The notes under the pieces: model-generated | Databases searched by the model: none | What the model saw: the letters and a program-made list of their open reading frames with translations, nothing else | What the model was told of the DNA's origin: nothing | Shown here: in pieces, positions 1 to 6,119 of the stretch | How the letters are laid out: every line of letters begins with the position of its first letter | Numbering within the stretch: position 1 is the stretch's first letter | Virus genome (UHGV): UHGV-1375876 | DNA: 45,898 bases | Strand: one strand, 5' to 3' | Source of the DNA: a virus | Position numbers and translations under genes: made by a program

Positions 1-70
1 GGTGCCTTCTGAGCCTCACGGCCTTGTCGTACTTGAGCTTGCAGTGCGGGCAGAAAATGGTGCCGTTCAT
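1..70 (-). CDS. Zn-ribbon protein, N-terminal part (MNGTIFCPHCKLKYDKAVRLRRH...); continues in frame into 45762..45898 if the window ends are joined
   Basis: ATG at complement 68-70 overlaps the stop of gene 67..333 (ATGA). The frame is open to position 1 with one nucleotide left over, which completes a codon with 45898-45897. It contains a CPHC motif. Confidence 0.5.
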   Translation of the reverse strand, partial: MNGTIFCPHCKLKYDKAVRLRRH

Positions 71-333
71 GCCGCGTTCCTCCTCTTTTCCAGCTTATCC
101 TGATACAGAGCATACCTGTCGTGAAGTTCTGCGCTTACCCATCCCTCGCAGTCGGTGATCTTCTTCGGGTCGATGGCAACCTCAGCATCGGCAAGCATGA
201 TGCCGAACCGTTCCTTGATGTCCTTCACCATGTCCGAAGAGATATTGCACAGCTGGTCGCTCTCGAAGTAGCGGGCGCAGGTGGCGCACACGCGGGGCTC
301 ATCTTCCGGTTCATATTCGTAAGGGTTACGCAT
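67..333 (-). CDS. hypothetical small protein with a CxxC motif
   Basis: 88-aa ORF with a GAGAGGA Shine-Dalgarno 7 nt upstream of the ATG. It is part of the leftward small-gene operon. Confidence 0.5.
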   Translation of the reverse strand: MRNPYEYEPEDEPRVCATCARYFESDQLCNISSDMVKDIKERFGIMLADAEVAIDPKKITDCEGWVSAELHDRYALYQDKLEKRRNAA

Positions 334-367
334 GGCTGTATCCTCTCGGTTGAAGTTCGTTCCGGCG

Positions 368-419
368 TCCCAATCCCGATGAAAAAGCCCCGATTTCTCG
401 GGGCTTCTACGGGACTAGG
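368..419 (-). repeat. intergenic stem-loop repeat, copy A (CCCAATCCCG..CCCCGA-loop-TCGGGG..GGGACTAGG); reads as a terminator-like hairpin plus T-run on the minus strand
   Basis: Shares conserved end blocks and a GC hairpin with copies at 885..932 and 1354..1403. On the minus strand the hairpin GCCCCGAgaaaTCGGGGC is followed by TTTTTCAT. Confidence 0.55.
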
Positions 420-424
420 ATGAT

Positions 425-559
425 TTAATCGTCGCCCGAGCCGTAGCCGGAGCCGTCGCCGTAGCCGGAGCCGTAGCCGGAGCCGGAGCCGTCGCCGTAG
501 CCGGAGCCGTAGCCGGAGCCGGAGCCGTCGCCGTAGCCGGAGCCGTTTACTCCTGCCAT
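425..559 (-). CDS. Gly/Tyr-rich tandem-repeat peptide (MAGVNGSGYGDGSGSGYGSGYGDGSGSGYGSGYGDGSGYGSGDD)
   Basis: 44-aa ORF not in the supplied track because it is under 60 aa. Its ATG overlaps the stop of the upstream gene, with a GAGGTGG Shine-Dalgarno. It is encoded by a roughly 36-bp tandem DNA repeat, gccgtagccggagccg..., at 430..545. Confidence 0.45.
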   Translation of the reverse strand: MAGVNGSGYGDGSGSGYGSGYGDGSGSGYGSGYGDGSGYGSGDD

Positions 560-852
560 ACTTCCACCTCATCGAGAGAGAGCTTTGCCTTTTCAGTGAG
601 CGGAAGCACTTCGATCACTTGGGTCAGGTGAACGGCATCGACCGGAGCGGGAAACTTGCAGTCATCCGGGTTACTCGTGCCGTCCTTGGAAAGCTGAGAA
701 AGGCTTGCCGCTCCAGCCCAGTACCAGACGCGGCGGGCATTCGTGACGACGGCTTCCTGACCGTCCATGTTTTCGAGTTTTCCATAGAAAACCCCGGCGC
801 TGTAGGTTCTGACGATGACGTTCTGTCCGATGAATGGGGAGAGCGTAGGCAT
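547..852 (-). CDS. hypothetical protein
   Basis: 101-aa ORF with an AAAGAGGA Shine-Dalgarno before the ATG and protein-like composition. Confidence 0.5.
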   Translation of the reverse strand: MPTLSPFIGQNVIVRTYSAGVFYGKLENMDGQEAVVTNARRVWYWAGAASLSQLSKDGTSNPDDCKFPAPVDAVHLTQVIEVLPLTEKAKLSLDEVEVWQE

Positions 853-884
853 AGTGTCCTCTTTGGTTGGTGTTGATGAATGTT

Positions 885-932
885 CCCAATCCCGTTTCCT
901 GCCCCGGATTCCGGGGCAAGTGCGGGGCTAGG
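885..932 (-). repeat. intergenic stem-loop repeat, copy B (hairpin GCCCCGGAATCCGGGGC)
   Basis: Conserved CCCAATCCCG and GGGGCTAGG blocks flank a GC hairpin. Confidence 0.55.
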
Positions 933-1090
933 CTGGATTTCACGGCTCCAATCCTTCTTGTCTTCGCCGTGTGTGCTCCGCCCATGCTTTCGCTACCAGA
1001 GGCCAACGCCATGCCGCATGATGCGGGTACAACGTCGCGCTTGGGGGCATCGTCGCGCTGATTGTCAAAGAACCGTGCTGAGCTACGGGG

Positions 1091-1321
1091 CTACCAAGCC
1101 CTGCACAGTGTCGCCGGGAAATCGATTCCGGGGCGCACGCCGAAGTATTCCGGCGTCCATTCGGCATCGTCATCATCCCAAGGTTCAGCCTGAGCCTCTT
1201 CTTCGCCGGTAAAGTCGCTGATGTACTGCCGGGCATCTTCGAGGCAGTCGAGATGTTCGATTTCGATTGCTCCGGTTGGTGTCGCGGTCAGAACCGTGCA
1301 GGGCGTAGAAAAAGCGGTCAT
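1091..1321 (-). CDS. hypothetical acidic small protein (MTAFSTP...)
   Basis: Start chosen at the internal ATG preceded by AAAGGAGAACAGCC. It shares a 26-nt leader plus start sequence with gene 1416..1604. Confidence 0.5.
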   Translation of the reverse strand: MTAFSTPCTVLTATPTGAIEIEHLDCLEDARQYISDFTGEEEAQAEPWDDDDAEWTPEYFGVRPGIDFPATLCRAW

Positions 1322-1353
1322 GGCTGTTCTCCTTTGGTCTTTCGGGCTTGAAT

Positions 1354-1403
1354 CCCAATCCCGGTTGCTACCCCGAAGAATCGGGGCAGGGGCCGGGGCT
1401 AGG
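1354..1403 (-). repeat. intergenic stem-loop repeat, copy C (hairpin CCCCGAttcTTCGGGG)
   Basis: Same conserved flanks as copies A and B. Confidence 0.55.
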
Positions 1404-1415
1404 CGAGGCATCGAT

Positions 1416-1604
1416 TTAATATGGGCAATACCGATCATCCCAAGTTACTTCACGAATGAAGCGAACGGCCTCATTATACGATGTGAATGATTCCCATTGT
1501 CCCTGAACCGTCGCGTTCCACACGAGATATATGGTCGATTCCGTTCCGTCCGGGTGCTGCTCAACGATGTCTTCAATCCAGATTGTATCGGTCATGGCGG
1601 TCAT
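1416..1604 (-). CDS. hypothetical small protein (MTAMTD...)
   Basis: 62-aa ORF. It has the same 26-nt leader, GACCAAAGGAGAACAGCCATGACCGC, as gene 1091..1321. Confidence 0.5.
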   Translation of the reverse strand: MTAMTDTIWIEDIVEQHPDGTESTIYLVWNATVQGQWESFTSYNEAVRFIREVTWDDRYCPY

Positions 1605-1625
1605 GGCTGTTCTCCTTTGGTCAGG

Positions 1626-1871
1626 CTAGGCGGCGAGAAAGAAACGGCTGGGCAGGTCGACAAGCTCAAGGTCTTCACAGTCGATCCAGCGGTCGAAGGC
1701 TTCGGCATCCCTCTTCTCCAGTTCGTCCATGATCCAGCCGCGAACCATCATTTCTTCCAGCAGATTTTCCCTGCTCGTGCAGTTGGTGGCCTCGAACATC
1801 TCGCAAAGTTGAGCCGTCGAGCGGTTGGCGATAATGGCGCGGGCGATATTTTCCTTTTCCTGAGCGTTCAT
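1626..1871 (-). CDS. hypothetical protein, first gene of the leftward early operon
   Basis: 81-aa ORF with an AAAGGAGAAAGCAGA Shine-Dalgarno. It lies directly downstream of the pL-like promoter. Confidence 0.5.
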   Translation of the reverse strand: MNAQEKENIARAIIANRSTAQLCEMFEATNCTSRENLLEEMMVRGWIMDELEKRDAEAFDRWIDCEDLELVDLPSRFFLAA

Positions 1872-1918
1872 TCTGCTTTCTCCTTTTGGCGGGGTTCGTT
1901 CCCCGTCTCGTTGAAAAC

Positions 1919-1947
1919 AGAATAGGTAAATTTTACCTTTACGTCAA
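1919..1947 (-). promoter_or_regulatory. sigma70-like leftward early promoter (-35 TTGACG, 17-bp spacer, -10 TATTCT on the minus strand) with operator palindrome AGGTAAATTTTACCT (1924..1938) in the spacer
   Basis: Hexamers read from the minus strand. A near-perfect 15-bp palindrome is shared with the site at 2452..2466. Confidence 0.6.
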
Positions 1948-1980
1948 GTGAAAAAGCAAAATTTTCTCCTAAAATTTGGC

Positions 1981-2008
1981 AACAAAAAAGCCGCCAATTA
2001 CGGCGGCT
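1981..2008 (-). terminator. rho-independent terminator downstream of the repressor gene
   Basis: On the minus strand the hairpin GCCGCCgtaattGGCGGC is followed by TTTTTTG. Confidence 0.6.
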
Positions 2009-2039
2009 CAAATGAGTTATGTTTTGTCAGTCTGTTACA

Positions 2040-2402
2040 TCATTTTTGTGTTGCCAAAAGAGCTTTGATTTTCTCTTGTTCCTCTTTTTGTGCTCGATCT
2101 GCCTCAGCCAAGGCTTGTTTGATTACATCTCCCCAAGGCAAGCCCAAGGCGGCGCAAAGGTTCATCACGTCTGTCATCCTCAATTGTTGTGGCTTTCTGT
2201 TTTCTCCAGATCCTTGCCCCTTCCTGATTGATTGAACCTTTCTCCGAGAATCAGCAACGTGAGGGAATGCAAGCGAGCCAAGGGCTTGTTCGGTCATGCC
2301 TATGACTGTGCGGCGTTCCTCAAGTGCTCTTCGGATGGATTCTTCAAACGCGACCATCCCGGTTTCGTTTAGCACCTGCATTTCTCCTTTTCCCTCAGTC
2401 AT
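2040..2402 (-). CDS. XRE-family HTH transcriptional regulator; cI-like phage repressor without a peptidase domain
   Basis: About 120 aa with an XRE-like helix-turn-helix in the N-terminal half (IRRALEERRTVIGMTEQALGSLAF...). Start at the ATG with an AAAGGAGAG Shine-Dalgarno. It is flanked by two copies of the operator palindrome. No S24 or LexA-like domain. Confidence 0.7.
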   Translation of the reverse strand: MTEGKGEMQVLNETGMVAFEESIRRALEERRTVIGMTEQALGSLAFPHVADSRRKVQSIRKGQGSGENRKPQQLRMTDVMNLCAALGLPWGDVIKQALAEADRAQKEEQEKIKALLATQK

Positions 2403-2451
2403 AGCAAAAACTCTCCTTTTACTCTTGGCGTATTTTTTTGCATTGACAAAG

Positions 2452-2466
2452 AGGTAAACTTTACCT
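2452..2466. promoter_or_regulatory. operator palindrome AGGTAAACTTTACCT in the repressor promoter region
   Basis: Second copy of the 15-bp palindrome, lying between TTGACA-like elements upstream of the repressor start. Confidence 0.55.
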
Positions 2467-3778
2467 AAAAAGAAGTCAACAGGGCACGCCCAACCGCCCC
2501 GCGAAGAAGCGAACAGGAGGGAGTAGGCCACCGCTCAAGGGGCATTGTCTGATGGACGGCTAGAAACGGTGGCGTCAGGCTCTACACGGGAACCACGGCC
2601 CCATGCCCGAAGCGCAGCAGCGAGACGAGAGAAGACGCGGGGAAGACGGCGCATCAGCCGGAAAGCTCTCGACCTGTAGCATGATGCAGTGACTACAGGG
2701 GCCATGAAGCGACGGCGGCTCCATACCGGAACCACTTAGCGGGAAGGTCTTAGCGCCCCTCAATGGGAAAGGGGCAGCTTTGGCCTTTCGCTCAGGCTCA
2801 CCACCCGGAACTCATGGGAAGCCCGAATGCCTTTCTGCCTTTCCTCTTCGGCATATGCCTTTCCCCTCTTCGCCTACCGAGAGCCAGGGTCAGGGCGGGA
2901 ACCGCCCTCTTGCCGGAATGGGGGGACGGGAAAGATGAAAAAGGGGCACGGAATCTCAAAAGCCGTTTTCAATTCTTTTTGAGATGCTGCGAAGTGTGAA
3001 AAAACGCTAAAACAGGACATTTTACTCTGTGCGTAGCCTGTCCACGAAGTTTATGGGCAATTTATAAGCGATTTATGGGATTTTATGAGTTTTAAAAATA
3101 TCAACTTTTTCAATATGATACACTGTTTTATCTTCTAAGTAAGCTCATTTTAATAATCGTTCTTTGACAATCAGCCCCCATAACCCGCCCAGTCCGGTGG
3201 TAGTGTCATCGGTGGTATGGCGGATAGGGAAAACTTCATGGGCGGGTGGTTCGATGCCGGATACAGTACACCGGGAATCACCACGCCCTAGACCAGCGAC
3301 TAGTGAAAACAACCTTATCCACGCTCTAGCATGGTTCGGGAGTACGATTTCTCGCGCTCCCTTTCATGCTGGCGGTCGAACTGTCGAAAGGTCAACTGAC
3401 CGCCCGGATATAAAAATTCGTATTTCATCACGTTTCACGGCCCGATCTTTGTGTCGTAACCGTGGGCCCTGTTGGTCGGCTCGGCCCCCGTCGCTTCGGT
3501 GCGCTTTGCGCTTCGGCCTTCTTTTCAGCCGTTTTTCCGTCCCGCCGTCCCTGCGCGGCCTGTCTTCACCTCGCCAGCCTGTTGCCCTTCTTTTTCGCGT
3601 CCTACTGGGGAGCCTTAGCACTGGGGGTCGGCATCGTTCGGTTGCTCCATACTGAGCGGCTGGCTTCCTCCGCCCGGGGTTTCGGCTACTTTCCGGCTAG
3701 GTGCCTGGCGTGTTCGCCTTCCCCGTTCGTCGTGAAGTTACAATACCAACTGGTAAAAAATAGGTCAAGAATAAAATT

Positions 3779-3920
3779 CCCAATAGGTAAAGTATGAGGT
3801 TTGACATCCTCCCCCTGAAGGGAGAGGTTTTACGGCGCGTTGGATAAATATTCAACCCTTGAATATACAATAGGAATTACAGCGGCACCATTTAATGTTG
3901 ACTATAATTTTACCTATTGG
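3779..3920. promoter_or_regulatory. rightward immunity-region control sites: inverted half-site-related repeats CCAATAGGTAAA (3781..3792) and TTTACCTATTGG (3909..3920), and a perfect TATAAT at 3903..3908
   Basis: The two 12-mers are exact reverse complements about 115 bp apart and share the GGTAAA core with the operator. A further related sequence, CTGGTAAAAAATAGGTC, is at 3750..3766. Confidence 0.45.
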
Positions 3921-3932
3921 TATTTAGTTCCC

Positions 3933-4178
3933 ATGAAGAACGAACTTTCCCACCCTAGTTTTTACGGCTTCACAATTACTGACGCGGCCGCACGCTCAGG
4001 GCTTCCTTATGTGACGGTGTGGAGGCATTTCAAAAAACATCGCGCTATAAGCCCTGAAACTGCCATTCGTTATAATCGTTTTTTGGGTATCCCCCTTTCA
4101 TCTCTCAGGCCTGATCTGTGGCCTCCAACCCTCCCCAGCACTCCCACCGAACCCGAAGAGGTAGACCGTGCTGGATGA
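3933..4178 (+). CDS. putative Cro/CII-like HTH regulator
   Basis: 81 aa from an internal ATG. An HTH-like segment (TITDAAARSGLPYVTVWRHFKK) lies near the N-terminus. It is the first rightward gene after the non-coding region. No clear Shine-Dalgarno. Confidence 0.4.
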   Translation: MKNELSHPSFYGFTITDAAARSGLPYVTVWRHFKKHRAISPETAIRYNRFLGIPLSSLRPDLWPPTLPSTPTEPEEVDRAG

Positions 4179-4515
4179 ATGGGGGCTTGCTCGCTTCATC
4201 GGGTATCTCGGCGGGGCTGTTGCCTTTTGTTTTTTCACGCACCGCCGAGAGTCCCTCAATGCACCGCTGGGCCACGGCTTCCGGCGTCGGGTAGTCCTCG
4301 GCACGGTGCAAGGGATGCTTTCCGGCGTGAAGATCATACATCCGGCAAATGCTCGTGAGATCCGTTCGGCGCTCGGTGACGTGATCACGGCCTGCCGCCG
4401 GGTGCAAACACAGCTTCAACCTGTAGCCGCTTCCCGCGATCATACAGAGTGCCTTGCCTGTGTGAGGCCTGAAGCAAGAAAACCGTGGTGGAAAAAGATC
4501 AGGGGGGAAAGATAA
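4168..4515 (+). CDS. hypothetical protein
   Basis: GTG start with a GAAGAGGT Shine-Dalgarno. Codon third positions are GC-rich. The minus-strand alternative (4105..4695) looks less protein-like. Confidence 0.3.
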   Translation: MLDEWGLARFIGYLGGAVAFCFFTHRRESLNAPLGHGFRRRVVLGTVQGMLSGVKIIHPANAREIRSALGDVITACRRVQTQLQPVAASRDHTECLACVRPEARKPWWKKIRGER

Positions 4516-4727
4516 TGCCGATCTTGATCTGCCAACAGTGTGGTCGGATGTTCGAGGTGAAACGGTATTTTGCCGAAACCGCAAAATATTGCTCGAAAGA
4601 GTGCAAAGACAAGGCTGCACAGACGCGCGCCCCGCAAAAATGCAAGTCTGCGGGAAACTCTTTCCCGCAAAAGGACATGCCGTTTTTTGTGACAAGGCTT
4701 GTAGTTATGCTTTTAGAGCCGGGGTAA
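4515..4727 (+). CDS. Zn-ribbon protein (CxxCG..F..FCSxxC), frame A
   Basis: ATG with a GGGGGAAAG Shine-Dalgarno. The Cys motif is ICQQCGRMFEVKRYFAETAKYCSKEC. It overlaps frame B from 4640. Confidence 0.45.
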   Translation: MPILICQQCGRMFEVKRYFAETAKYCSKECKDKAAQTRAPQKCKSAGNSFPQKDMPFFVTRLVVMLLEPG

Positions 4728-4912
4728 GCCGTGAAGAATGGATTGCTGAACACCCGCAGAGTGACCAGTCAACGCTTTTCAAGCGTAAGTGCCATGACTG
4801 CGGGAAGCCCACGAACAATTACAGATGCCCGGCGTGTTGGGAAAAGCTCCGCAGCAGTTCAGAGATAGACGGCATCCCGGAATACGAAGTCATGGGGCAG
4901 GCATGGGTATAG
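4640..4912 (+). CDS. Zn-ribbon protein, frame B (two CxxC-type motifs); possibly the -1 frameshift continuation of 4515..4727
   Basis: Motifs CGKLFPAKGHAVFCDKAC and CHDCGKPTNNYRCPAC. There is no Shine-Dalgarno before its ATG. A canonical slippery heptamer, G GGA AAC at 4652..4658, lies in the frame-A register at the start of the overlap. Confidence 0.4.
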   Translation: MQVCGKLFPAKGHAVFCDKACSYAFRAGVSREEWIAEHPQSDQSTLFKRKCHDCGKPTNNYRCPACWEKLRSSSEIDGIPEYEVMGQAWV

Positions 4913-5103
4913 ATCCGTGCCGCTTTGGTCGGCTTTACCGCGACGGGCGCCGCGTCCTGTGCTTTGCGGACTGGTCGAAAGAGTACGGGGTGCCGACGTG
5001 GACGTCACGGAACGGGTTCGTCAAAGACGTGAACTTCTGCCGCCTGTACTGCGAGAAGCGCCCGAATATTGTTGAAGTGGAACTTGAAGGTTGCAAGGCA
5101 TAG
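4903..5103 (+). CDS. hypothetical protein
   Basis: 67-aa ORF from an internal ATG, with protein-like composition. Confidence 0.3.
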   Translation: MGIDPCRFGRLYRDGRRVLCFADWSKEYGVPTWTSRNGFVKDVNFCRLYCEKRPNIVEVELEGCKA

Positions 5104-5174
5104 GCGAAAGAAAAGCCCGATGCGGGAACACCGGGCCAAACCAAAAATAACCAAAACGTGAAAGCAGGATACAT

Positions 5175-6119
5175 ATGGAACACGGATATGTCAAGCTTTG
5201 GCGGAAATGTTTAGACAGCGGATTGCTTCAAAATGGCCCCGCATGGCAGCTTTTTGGGTACTTGCTGCTCAAGACTACGCACAGGCCGCATCGCCAGATT
5301 ATCGGTGGCATGGTTTTTGAGCTTGAGCCGGGGGAAGTCATCTTTGGGCGAGCTAAAGCAGCCTCTGATCTGAGGCTGAGCGAAAAGCAGGTAAGAACAG
5401 CTTTTGAGCTGCTTAAAAAACTCGAAATTGTGGCCAGCCGATCGACCAACCGCTGTACGGTGGTTTCTTTTGTGAATTGGCATAGATACCAAGATGAAAG
5501 GCCAGCCGAGGGCCAACCGGAGGGCCAGCCGCAGGGCCAACAAACGGCCAGCAACGGGCCAGCAGAGGGCCAGCAGAGGGCCACAAACAAGAATGTAAGA
5601 ACAAAGAAAGAAGAATATATAAATACACTCCCCCTTACCCCCTCAAGCGAGGGGGAAGCTGATTTGTGCGATGAGCATACTCCTCCCACGGAGTCCCAGA
5701 GTTCGTCACGGGGGGCACGCAATGACGGCACAAAACCACGAGCTGCGGGAACGAATCCCAGAACCAACGGCACAAGCCCTCGGAGCACTGGGGACAACCC
5801 CCGCACAAGGGAGCCTGCCGGTTCCCGTGCCGGGGGGAATTCCGCCGCAGACCTGAAAGCCTTTGCCGACGAGTACACGCAATGCCCGGAACTCAGGCAG
5901 GCATTGGAGGATTTTCGCGTCATGCGGGAACGTTTGCGAAAGCCCCTGACGGCAAGGGCATTCCAGCTCACCTGCACGGAGCTGGATAAACTGGCCGGAA
6001 ATGACGACGTGCTGAAAACAAAGATTCTTGACCAGAGCATCCAGCGGGGGTGGCAGGGGATTTTCCCGCTCCGTGAAGACTCGAAACCCAAAGTAGACCA
6101 GTGGGCAGGCGCAATATGA
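5175..6119 (+). CDS. phage replication initiator (lambda O-like or replisome-organizer winged-helix N-terminus, DnaD-like C-terminus) with a low-complexity central linker
   Basis: The N-terminus (YVKLWRKCLDSGLL..LSEKQVRTAFELLKKLEIV) is typical of phage O/replisome-organizer proteins. The central PEGQ-rich linker is encoded by iteron-like DNA repeats. Its stop overlaps the primase-helicase start (ATGA). Confidence 0.65.
   Translation: MEHGYVKLWRKCLDSGLLQNGPAWQLFGYLLLKTTHRPHRQIIGGMVFELEPGEVIFGRAKAASDLRLSEKQVRTAFELLKKLEIVASRSTNRCTVVSFVNWHRYQDERPAEGQPEGQPQGQQTASNGPAEGQQRATNKNVRTKKEEYINTLPLTPSSEGEADLCDEHTPPTESQSSSRGARNDGTKPRAAGTNPRTNGTSPRSTGDNPRTREPAGSRAGGNSAADLKAFADEYTQCPELRQALEDFRVMRERLRKPLTARAFQLTCTELDKLAGNDDVLKTKILDQSIQRGWQGIFPLREDSKPKVDQWAGAI
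5498..5655. other. putative phage origin of replication inside the initiator gene: about 8 iterons GGCCA(G/A)C at roughly 11-bp spacing (5500..5585), AT-rich tract (5586..5628), palindrome CCCCTCaagcGAGGGG
   Basis: Direct repeats with helical periodicity followed by an AT-rich segment, all inside the O-like gene. This mirrors the lambda ori arrangement. Confidence 0.5.

Noticed and set aside
225-572. 115-aa ORF on the minus strand translating as RLRLRRRLRL repeats
   Set aside because: It is an out-of-frame reading of the 36-bp tandem repeat. The frame with a Shine-Dalgarno and coupled start gives the GSGYGD peptide instead.
2543-2575. Hammerhead-ribozyme-like CUGAUG...GAAA core enclosed by a GCCACCG/CGGUGGC stem
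   Set aside because: The core is CUGAUGG, not CUGAUGA, and there is no stem I/II arrangement consistent with any hammerhead type.
3186-3290. tRNA-like or RNase P-like fragments (GGTTCGATGCC, AGTCCGG .. ACAGTACACCGGG)
   Set aside because: No cloverleaf with matching acceptor and T stems could be drawn. The P4-like strands are only about 75 nt apart, far too close for RNase P RNA.
3164-3655. 163-aa plus-strand ORF and a basic 85-aa minus-strand ORF (3364..3621) in the non-coding region
   Set aside because: Both are low-complexity (Ser/Pro/Arg-rich or Arg/Lys-rich) with no ribosome-binding site. They are treated as non-coding. The strand composition bias is reported as a finding instead.
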